DNA from: an uncultured Gammaproteobacteria bacterium
GTDB lineage: Bacteria; Patescibacteriota; Patescibacteriia; UBA9934; CAMTUG01
Reading direction: 5' to 3'
Assembly (NCBI GenBank): GCA_964588955.1
Contig: CAZPQJ010000007.1
Location: forward strand, 3,128-67,127
Length of the DNA: 64,000 bases
Shown here in pieces: positions 17,413-26,100 of the stretch. The position numbers and the translations under genes are program-made. The first letter of the stretch is position 1, and every line of letters starts with the position of its first letter. The notes under the pieces are model-generated. The model did no database searches, was not told where the DNA came from, and saw only the letters and a program-made list of their open reading frames with translations.

Positions 17413-19050
17413 CTAAACCTCTTCTCGTTTTTCTCGCACAAACGTCAACCAGCTTTCAATCACTTCAATCGCCATTTTAAATGGTGCCTCAATAATAAAA
17501 TCCATAAAGAAAAGAAAAACGTTGATACGCGGGGTACGCAAAGAAATCCAACGACCAGCACGAACAATGGGAAGGGTGAACACGTCGATGATCGCGCCGA
17601 AAATTCCTCGCTTCACCGTTGGTAAAACAACTTCTTTGCTAGATTGGCGGATGCGGATACCAAAGAACGTCACTAACGATAAGAACAACAAGAAAATAGC
17701 CATGGAAACCGCGTTAAAGCCAAACGTAATCAGAAGCACGCCAATAGCACCGTATGTTACCAGGAACGAGGCCGCATAAAGAACGGCAAAAATAACCGCC
17801 AATGACCCTTGATTCCACGGGCGTTTGACCTTGAAAATCAATTTCAATTCACCGGAACGATACACAATCGCTCGCACACCACGCTGGATGTCTTTGACGT
17901 GCTTCATGTTGACCTTGGTGGTAAGCGCAATGGCCGCCAATAAAAACGGCGGAAAAATAACGTTTACTCCCAAAGGGAAAAGCGAGGTTGTGTGGGAAAC
18001 GAGTAAATCGTATGGCAATTCTATCACCAGCGCCAAAAGCATCTTTGTAAAGAACAGAAAAAGAATGGCGCGAAACACCCGGTTGCGCTGACGAGAAACA
18101 AAGGTGCTAATGCGTGTACTTGCGGCTTTTTTCACCGCTTCATCAAGAAGTGCCGGATTAGCAGCTAACCCCAAAAAGGCATCAGGCTCTTTACCCGCTA
18201 CATCAAATAGCACATTAAACAACACTGCATAGCGCCCCACCTGGCGCGTTAGCTGCTCGCTAATAGGGTGCTTCACCTGATCATCGATCGTTTGCATGGT
18301 GGCGTCAAAATCCGCACAAATAAGCCGTGCCTCCTGTTCGGCATCGGCTCCACCCTTTTTCCAGCCCGGGTGATACAACGCAAACACGCGCGAACGCAAA
18401 CGCGCAATATCCGCTTTCAACAACGTGCGGTACACCGCTAAATACAACTGCAATTCCCGCTGGTCTTCCGGCAAACTCCCCTTTTGCCATTCCAGGTGCT
18501 CGCTAATAATACGAAAAGCAAACGACGCGAGAGCGTCTTCACGACTTGGCGGCATGAGCTTGCCTTCCACGTCGTTGGCCATAATGTCGAGGAGCCAATT
18601 GAACGCCCCTGCCGGATCTCGCGATTCGGCCGCGCTGCGCATGAGCTCGTTATATCGCGTCAGAATCTCGGCAATTTCATCAACGACAATAAGCGGTAAA
18701 GTGCTGTTAGGCAAGTACCGCGCCCAGATTAATTCGGTCAACAAATCCTGAGCTAACGCCTGCGCATCGATGTCTACCCCCACCCGGCGCTTAAGTACCC
18801 GACGAATAGCATTACGACGAAGCAAATGTTCTTCTTCGTATTCCAATACGTTGCGCAATTTTTCGTACATGGAAGCCGCCGTGCTAACGGTTTCCGAAAC
18901 ATGGATCGTTTCGTCACCGGGGTGGGCACGCACCGTTTCATCCAAATGAAAAATCGACGGGAGCTGACGGATCCGTTCATCCATTGGTCCGGACGGAGCC
19001 TCCCCGTGTCCTCCGCCGTGTCCTCCGCCGTGCCCTTCATCATGCGACAT
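17413..19050 (-). CDS. Hypothetical membrane protein
   Basis: 545-aa ORF. The N-terminus carries HGGGHGGGHGE. A ~330-aa soluble region is followed by ~5 TM helices. Confidence 0.5.
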   Translation of the reverse strand: MSHDEGHGGGHGGGHGEAPSGPMDERIRQLPSIFHLDETVRAHPGDETIHVSETVSTAASMYEKLRNVLEYEEEHLLRRNAIRRVLKRRVGVDIDAQALAQDLLTELIWARYLPNSTLPLIVVDEIAEILTRYNELMRSAAESRDPAGAFNWLLDIMANDVEGKLMPPSREDALASFAFRIISEHLEWQKGSLPEDQRELQLYLAVYRTLLKADIARLRSRVFALYHPGWKKGGADAEQEARLICADFDATMQTIDDQVKHPISEQLTRQVGRYAVLFNVLFDVAGKEPDAFLGLAANPALLDEAVKKAASTRISTFVSRQRNRVFRAILFLFFTKMLLALVIELPYDLLVSHTTSLFPLGVNVIFPPFLLAAIALTTKVNMKHVKDIQRGVRAIVYRSGELKLIFKVKRPWNQGSLAVIFAVLYAASFLVTYGAIGVLLITFGFNAVSMAIFLLFLSLVTFFGIRIRQSSKEVVLPTVKRGIFGAIIDVFTLPIVRAGRWISLRTPRINVFLFFMDFIIEAPFKMAIEVIESWLTFVREKREEV

Positions 19051-19097
19051 AGTGGATAGAGTTTAGCAAAAAATGCTGCAACTGATAAGAGCGCGAC

Positions 19098-20453
19098 TCA
19101 CACAATCAACGGCAACGGCCGCATTTCAGGTTCGCGCCCGCAGACAATATCTTCAATGCGGTATGTGCCGTGCGTCGGCGCTTCAACATATCCATTCCAA
19201 GCCATACGAGCAACACCCCCGGAGTTAATCCAATCAAACAGCCATTCGTTGATGTATCGAGGATCGGCCATTGGCACCCCTCCCCCCACATATTGCAACC
19301 AAACCTGATTAAATTTTTCTTGGCTGCCGATGGGCGGAGCGGCGATGATCGGCAACCCAAGAGAGGTGTAGAAACTTAACTCCGACGGCTTGGTCATGAG
19401 TACGTCTGTTTGATGAAGAAAATCGTTGAAACCTTGAAAATATGCTTGCCGGCTCTCAAACGTAGGGATGAGCAGACTTTTACCGATCTGCCGACCAAGC
19501 CCCATCTCCTTAGCGCTTTGTGCAAAATATTCCACCACCGGACCTTGCAGTCCACCCATTAAACATAACCGCACGCGGTTGCGCATGAGGAGCAGCTTTA
19601 AGGAACGCATCACCTCGACTCCCAGTTTCTTTTGCGCCCCCGCTCCGCCTACGGAAAACGTTAATGTTAGCGGATGAGTAGGTTTGGAAGTACACATGGC
19701 CATCGTTTTTCCAACTCGGGACTCGAGCACTTTTTGATAACGGGAAATAAAGATTCCTTTTGGATCCAAATTGCACAACCGCGCCATCAAATCTTTCTGC
19801 AATAATTTTTCTGGATACCCACCTATAAGATCCTTCGGTAACGGAAAACCAGTAAGGATGATTTGTTGTTCCGGTACGCCGTAGAGTTTCAAACGTTCCT
19901 GACAACGACCATTAGAAGCAAAATAGCGAATCTTGCTGGTTTTTGGATCAAGCGACACCCAGTGGCGGGCAATGTCGGCGTCGGTAGTCACACAATAAAT
20001 TTCCCCAGGGTAACCGAAATAATCCGCCATGAAAGCCACGGTAAAAAATGTTGTAACAATCGGCAAAGGATTTTGTCGCAGGCGATCAATAAGATCACGT
20101 CCTTGTCCCTTGGCAATTAAACGATAAATTTGTTTGAGCTGAAAACTCGGTTTAGAAAGATCGCGTCGCGGATAAAATGGAGGGATCTCTTGAAACTCAT
20201 CCATGATGCTAAAAGCCAGATCGCCAATAATGGGAATGGGCTTAAGGCGGGAGATGGTCTCATAGACCTGACGACTCGTTTGCCAGAGTTCTTTGTCTTT
20301 AGCGGGAATGCCTTTGTAGTTGTTGGCCGAAATGATTTCCCCTCCGCCCAAATCTTTCAAAGCAAAAGCGGCACGGGCGTGACCGTAGCCCATGTCAACG
20401 TCGATCACGTGGGCGAATTTTTCTTTGGAACCAATAGCGTGGTGATCCTTCAT
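19098..20453 (-). CDS. Putative GT-B fold glycosyltransferase (MGDG-synthase/MurG-like)
   Basis: The N-terminus carries a VDMGYGHARAA G-loop-like motif. The C-terminal half carries TFSVGGAGAQ and VLMTKPSELSFYTSLGLPII, which resemble a GT28 C-domain. Confidence 0.4.
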   Translation of the reverse strand: MKDHHAIGSKEKFAHVIDVDMGYGHARAAFALKDLGGGEIISANNYKGIPAKDKELWQTSRQVYETISRLKPIPIIGDLAFSIMDEFQEIPPFYPRRDLSKPSFQLKQIYRLIAKGQGRDLIDRLRQNPLPIVTTFFTVAFMADYFGYPGEIYCVTTDADIARHWVSLDPKTSKIRYFASNGRCQERLKLYGVPEQQIILTGFPLPKDLIGGYPEKLLQKDLMARLCNLDPKGIFISRYQKVLESRVGKTMAMCTSKPTHPLTLTFSVGGAGAQKKLGVEVMRSLKLLLMRNRVRLCLMGGLQGPVVEYFAQSAKEMGLGRQIGKSLLIPTFESRQAYFQGFNDFLHQTDVLMTKPSELSFYTSLGLPIIAAPPIGSQEKFNQVWLQYVGGGVPMADPRYINEWLFDWINSGGVARMAWNGYVEAPTHGTYRIEDIVCGREPEMRPLPLIV

Positions 20454-20731
20454 AGTGTACGCATTTTAGCACACTTGACGATGCACTAAAACATCTTCCC
20501 ACTTTCTTTGTTCCGTCAAAGAAAGAGGAGGTTATGAAACCGTCCGGCCTATCCTGCGTTCGCCGGGCCAGTAGCGGCAGAACATCCCTTGCTGCGGAAC
20601 TCGCTTCTCGGCTAACAAGATAAATAAGCCTCGTACGCTCAAACAATCCTCGCTTCTGAAGGAAAGGATGTTCTGCCGCACTGGCTCCGTCGTACTCGGA
20701 ACGGCCGGGGGCGAACGGGCAAGGGGCGAAC

Positions 20732-20797
20732 GGGACACGGACGGGGCTAATGTTGCTCCGCAGAGCAGAACAGCCGACCAACGGTTCGAGCGACGAG
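20732..20797. repeat. Truncated (left-half) copy of element A
   Basis: gggacacggacggggctaatgttgctccgcagagcagaacagccgaccaacggttcgagcgacg matches the element A left arm. It is preceded by three ggcgaacggg tandem repeats. Confidence 0.65.
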
Positions 20798-20831
20798 GGT
20801 TAGTTTCAAAAGCGCTTATCGTGGACGCACG

Positions 20832-20950
20832 GATTTCAGAAAATGGATGAGATACGAAGTCTTGGAGGCGAAGCAGGCTGCCGAGGCGTATGCACTGATA
20901 CGGTGAGGCAGCTGCGAGCCGAAAGACGAGTAGCTCGCCATTTTCTAAAT
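20832..20950. repeat. Copy 2 of element B (~115-nt structured repeat)
   Basis: It begins gaaaatggatgagat. Its central hairpin reads ggcgtatgcactgatacggtg. Its 3' block reads cgaaagacgagtagctcgccattttctaaatcc. The ends are complementary (gaaaatgg / ccattttc). Confidence 0.55.
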
Positions 20951-21004
20951 CCGCGGAAATATAAAAACCCCTCAGGTTACCCTAAGGAGTTTTTATATTT
21001 CCGA

Positions 21005-21253
21005 TTACTCGCGAGGAGCTTTCGGGCGAGCCACGTCGAGGTGGATCGGACGGCCGTCGATTTCGCTTCCGTCGAGTTCAGCGATAGCCTTTTGGGCTTC
21101 CTCTGCAGTCGAGAAGGTTACGAATCCGAAGCCTTTCTTCATAGGAACGTACACGTCGGTCACGGTTCCAACGCCAGCAAAGTGGTCGCGGACCATGTCC
21201 TCGGTAGCTCCGAAGGAAAGGTTGCCGATGAACAGGCGATTGCCATTGTCCAT
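21005..21253 (-). CDS. RRM-type RNA-binding protein
   Basis: 82-aa ORF. RNP-2 reads LFIGNL and RNP-1 reads KGFGFVTF. Confidence 0.85.
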   Translation of the reverse strand: MDNGNRLFIGNLSFGATEDMVRDHFAGVGTVTDVYVPMKKGFGFVTFSTAEEAQKAIAELDGSEIDGRPIHLDVARPKAPRE

Positions 21254-21349
21254 AGTTTTCGGTTAGGGGTATCTGCGCTCCGCCGTTCGCGGTCGTTGTT
21301 CGACGCTCGCTCGGTCGTCAGTACCGGATGAATTACGAGAACTACTATA

Positions 21350-22393
21350 TCACGAAACGGCCTTTTTGTCAATGGGGGTCGTCGATTTCCTTAGCCATTC
21401 CTTAAAAAATCTGCCAATTTGACCAGAAGCATGAGCCAAACCTATAGCCATAAACACCGCGTCGCGCAGGCGAATAATCAACACCAAGGCCAAGGCATTA
21501 ATCGTCACTCCAAGAAGGGCAAATAGACCGGTATTTGAGGCTTCCAGGAACCCTAACCCTCCTGGCACAGGAATCAGCAGCGCAAAACCAGGAATCGTGC
21601 TCGACAAAAGCGCCTGAGTAAAATTCAACGAGACCCCAAGAAAATGCGCAATAAACCAATTCTCAAACGTGCGGAAAGAAATCATCACCATCGACAAAAT
21701 AAGCAGCCACAAGATCATGAGCGGGCGATCACGTAAAAACGTTGTCATTTGTGCCTCCATCCCCTTCAACCATTCCTCCACATGATGAAACCGTTTGACG
21801 CGATTCAGCCTCAGCGAACGAAAAATGATCTGAAAGAATCCTTTGCCGGAAACCGTCGCGTAATAAAATGTTCCCACAACAGCCATAAAGATTAGCAACC
21901 CTGCGCCAACAATCACCCCCGCATTTCCAAGCGCCACCCCGCTCACAATCGCCAAAATAAATCCAATGGCAATAAAAAAGATAAACGCCGTGGTCTCGAA
22001 CGCCAAATCAATCACGACAGAACTCGTCGCGTGCTTGACCGGCACCCCATCTTCCGCCAGCAATCCCACACGAATCGGTTCAGAACCGAAAATTGACAGC
22101 GGCAAAATATACATAAACGCGTACCCAGACATGCGGTGCAAGTACAACCGCAAAAAGCCTAAGCGCTGTTTGCGCGGCAACCCTTCATTTACAATCACCC
22201 GCCAGCGATACACGTATAAGGCAAAATTGATCATTGAGGTAACGACATAAGCAGCGAACGGTGCAAAACCGAAGGCTAACAAGGTCATTACCACATTCTG
22301 TGGCCCTTCTTTCCAAATGAGTCCTGCCAAAATCGCCAAGCCCACGAGCAAAAGAAAAACAAATCCACCAATACGTTTCACGGCTATATGCAT
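21350..22393 (-). CDS. UPF0104 / lysylphosphatidylglycerol-synthase-TM-region family membrane protein (flippase-like)
   Basis: 347-aa ORF with ~8 TM helices. It has the family-typical N-terminal KR..G...L.V and an RWR block (YVYRWRVIV). Confidence 0.55.
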   Translation of the reverse strand: MHIAVKRIGGFVFLLLVGLAILAGLIWKEGPQNVVMTLLAFGFAPFAAYVVTSMINFALYVYRWRVIVNEGLPRKQRLGFLRLYLHRMSGYAFMYILPLSIFGSEPIRVGLLAEDGVPVKHATSSVVIDLAFETTAFIFFIAIGFILAIVSGVALGNAGVIVGAGLLIFMAVVGTFYYATVSGKGFFQIIFRSLRLNRVKRFHHVEEWLKGMEAQMTTFLRDRPLMILWLLILSMVMISFRTFENWFIAHFLGVSLNFTQALLSSTIPGFALLIPVPGGLGFLEASNTGLFALLGVTINALALVLIIRLRDAVFMAIGLAHASGQIGRFFKEWLRKSTTPIDKKAVS

Positions 22394-22411
22394 ACTCCAA
22401 ACATCATACCA

Positions 22412-22440
22412 AAAACCAGTGGTTTGTGACCACTGGTTTT
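22412..22440 (-). terminator. Rho-independent terminator downstream of hup
   Basis: A perfect palindrome, aaaaccagtggt-ttgtg-accactggtttt, carries T-runs. Confidence 0.65.
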
Positions 22441-22443
22441 GAT

Positions 22444-22480
22444 CCTCTCCTCCCCTTTCAAAGGGGAGGCTGGGAGGGGG
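22444..22480. repeat. 36-nt palindromic element (intergenic copy; see 9180..9215)
   Basis: The sequence is cctctcctcccctttcaaaggggaggctgggaggggg. Confidence 0.6.
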
Positions 22481-22484
22481 CTTT

Positions 22485-22766
22485 CTAAAGAACCGCTTCC
22501 TTGGCAGCTTTGGCCACGCGGAACTTCACCACCGTCTTCGCTGGAATCTGAATGGTAGCGCCCGTAGCCGGGTTGCGACCTGAGCGAGCAGCACGGTGCA
22601 CTTTGACCATTTTTCCCAAACCGTTCAAAGCAAACTCTCCGTTGGACTTCACTTGAGCGTAGGCGAGCTCAACGAGCTTGTCCATGAACATGCTCACGTC
22701 TTTCTTGGACATGCCGGTTTTTTCGGCGAGGGTCTGGAGCAACTGTGACTTGGTCATCTTAGCCAT
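22485..22766 (-). CDS. hup: HU-family nucleoid-associated DNA-binding protein
   Basis: 93-aa ORF. GRNPATGATIQIPAKTVVKFR matches the HU arm signature. Confidence 0.9.
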   Translation of the reverse strand: MAKMTKSQLLQTLAEKTGMSKKDVSMFMDKLVELAYAQVKSNGEFALNGLGKMVKVHRAARSGRNPATGATIQIPAKTVVKFRVAKAAKEAVL

Positions 22767-22868
22767 AAGGTTGGTGTGCGGCGAACCGCGTGATTAATTT
22801 TCGGAACAAAGGTTCCCTAACTGGCAATAAGTATAGCAAACCCCTGTTTTCTTGGGAATAGTGACAGG

Positions 22869-23120
22869 TTACTCTTCGTTCTCGGTTGCCTTGACAAGCC
22901 GAACCACCTCAGTGTCCATCTCGTCGACAATCCCGGCAATCTCCCCATCGATCTTCGCCTGTATTTGACGATTTTCCTCTAACGTTTGCGCCATTTTCTG
23001 ATCAACCTCCTCCATAAGCCGCGAAGTTTCCTCAATCGCTGCTTGGGTTTTGTCGATTTCTTTGGCCGTGGCATCGAGCATCTCCTGCTCTTCTGTGTCT
23101 TGTGGATGTTGGGGCTTCAT
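22869..23120 (-). CDS. Hypothetical acidic coiled-coil protein
   Basis: 83-aa ORF with heptad-like E/Q/K-rich sequence. It lies 4 bp downstream of the giant coiled-coil gene. Confidence 0.45.
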   Translation of the reverse strand: MKPQHPQDTEEQEMLDATAKEIDKTQAAIEETSRLMEEVDQKMAQTLEENRQIQAKIDGEIAGIVDEMDTEVVRLVKATENEE

Positions 23121-23123
23121 AGA

Positions 23124-26100
23124 TTATCCAAGCAGAAACTTAAGAAACTTCTTCATGAGAGACTTTCCTACGGCCTGTTTCTTTCCACCCCCCACTTTGT
23201 CCGCCAACAAGGATTCAAAGAAATCTGTCTGCGAGTCCCGACCACTCAAATCCCCAGAGACGCGTTCGTAGCCCTTACGCAATACTTGGTCAGTAATATA
23301 TTCTGGCGAATCTTTGCCAACCGAATCATTCCACTTCTCCACCATGGATTTAACGCGTGATTTACCACGCTCAACAGCCCCGCTCTTTTGTTCCTCTTCA
23401 TCCACGTCGTCTTGTTGCGACTTAACCAGCGCATCTACTTGATCGTTAGAAAAACCTAAGTTAGCGGCAATGTCTGGACGCATACCCCAATCCTTCATTT
23501 GATCGGCAGTAACGGTCGACAAGTCCACTTTCGTCTCATTCCCATCTTTATCCACATAATTTCTCTGGTTCGTATCTGGATCAATCACCAACTTTTCCTG
23601 GGCGCCCAAATCAATCACCCAACGATTTTCCGCATCTCTACTGATGCGATTCGGACGCGGAGCTACTTCCGGTTTTGGCACCGCCGCCGGCTCTGCTGCC
23701 TTACCACGTTTAATCTCATCAGACTGCTTATCTAAAGCCGTATTGGAATCAGTCAACGTAGCAACTTCCTGATTCAGACGCGCGATCACGGATTTCTCTT
23801 GCGCCACTTTTCCTTCTAACTCTTTCTTGTGGGCGGCAAGTTGATCCATCGATGTTTTAATCGTCTTCACGCCACCCATCTTGGCCTCTTTAAAGGCTTT
23901 TAATCTCTGTTCAAGACCATTTAAGTGACCATCCACGGCATCAAGCCGATCCTGGTTTTTCTCTTTTGACTCAGCCACCTTACGCTGTTGTTCTTTAAGG
24001 ATCTTAAGAGCCTGTTCGTTGGCCGCCTTCTTTTCCTCCAACCGAGCGACCATACGATCACGCGCTTCGTTGGCACGACGCTCAAAATCCTCTTTTTGCT
24101 GCAACAAGTTTCCTCTCTTACCTTCCAAGGCATTCCACTCTTCTTGCAAACGTTCCCCCGCCTCTTCAAAATCCTTAATCTGTTTGTCGAAACCCGCTTG
24201 ATCAGCCGCAGAAATTCCATGGGCGGCAGCCCCCTCCAACCCAAGCGTTACGTTGATTTTGGCATACTCCTCCTTCAAGTTTTCAACATTTTTTCGCACA
24301 CGAGCAGCGCCAACTTTTGTCGCGTCAACTTCCAGCGCCTTTTTTTCCTTCTGCTTATCAAGATCTTTAATTTTCCCTTCCACCCTGTTAATCAGTCGCT
24401 GATCGTTCCAAACACTCAAACGATCAATAGGGCTAGAAAAGCGCCTCTCAATACTTTCATACAAATCCGCAATAAACCCTTTGCTCTCCGTGGTTAATGC
24501 GGCCGCTTCTTTACCCGCTTCCTCCCCCATTGTGTCGCGCACAAGATCCGAAAAACTCCCCTCATAAGCAGGGGCGTCCGCCTTCTTGTCCGTTCCCGCG
24601 TCTTTTACCTCAGTCTCAACCTCCACTTCAACAGGCTCGCCCGCTTTCGCGCTTGGATCCTCAAATCTTCGTTCCATAGATTTGTTTATATTTCCTCCGG
24701 TGACTTTAGGTTTAATTTTTATGTGGGCGGTTTGATGCATTTGTTCTGCAACCCAGGCTTCTTTTTCTGGCCCAAGCGTCTCTCGTAATGTTGGAGAATG
24801 CAAGAGCTGTTGACTCATTTGATTGGCCAAACCAACAATCAACACGCGCTGGCGATTGGCCACCGCATCATCCCCCGCTTGGACGGCCGCGTTAAAATCA
24901 TCGACTGCCTGATCATAGGCGGTCTCCAGTTTCCCAAAAGCTACTGACTCTGGCGTCTCGGGTTTAGGTTCTTCTTCTACGGGCACAGGCGATACAACTT
25001 CCGGTTGTTTTTGCATGGCCGCCGCAAACGCTTTTCCTTCAGCCACTGCTTGCTGCAAATAAACTTCTCCGCCAGGAACAAGCAATCGCCGCTTTTTCAA
25101 CTGCTCCACGGTCATCAAACCATCCACTAATTCTTGGAAATAGATAAATCGATCTGGCTGCTTCAATTTCTTCGTGTCCCAAATATCCGTCCGCTGGGCT
25201 GTAACTTCGAGCAATTTTTCCAAGTCCCGAGCAGGTACTTCCGTGCCAGCCAGACGAGATTTCATAGGGCGTCGTCCGTAAGTGGCGCCGAGTTCAGGCG
25301 TCGGGGCGGAAGGAATCGTTTTTCTGTCCGCCTCTGGACGCAACCAATTTCTCAAACGTGCAAAGATCCCCGCGGGACGTTTTTGATCACCAACAGGCTG
25401 GGCATTTTCCGCGTAGACAAAACGTCTTGGTGCGGGCGCGGGGCGGTCGAGAACATCGATCTGATCATACAAAGGAGCCAACGTGTCCTTATACTGTTCG
25501 ACAAAGGCTGGAAAGTCAGAAAAACAGTCTTCTAGACGGTCTACCCTGAATGCGGCTTGCAAGTAGGCAACATCTGGTTGATCGCCCGCTAACTGACGAC
25601 GATATTGATCAACAATCAAACGACGATCCATAGAATCAAACGCGTTGAATCGCGCGTCCGGCAGGTTGGCGATACGCTCTTCCAACAGAAGCAACGCATT
25701 CTGGCGCTCTGTCCATCGCTGCGCCTCGGCAGACGTTAAGGTGTTTTCCACTGGACGATTGCGATCCGCAGCCGGAAGTATCCCCGCTTCCGTGTGTTCA
25801 TCGGGAGAAATCAATTGATCACGGCGTGCCTCAAGATTCTTTTGCAATCCGCGCAGCGCCTGCACGCGCTCACCCAACAAACCGTCCCGGGAATTTTGCA
25901 CCATCATCACAAGCTGTGCCGTCATGCGATCATTCGCTCGCGGATCGGCCAACAACTCCCCAATCACACGGCGACGTTCATCCATCGACACAGAATTTTT
26001 CCAAATGGTCGGATCCCCCGCTAAGGCCTCAATTTGATCTCGAAATGCCATCTCTGCGGCGCGATATTCTCCACTCTTCGGATCAATCTCAGCCGAAGTT

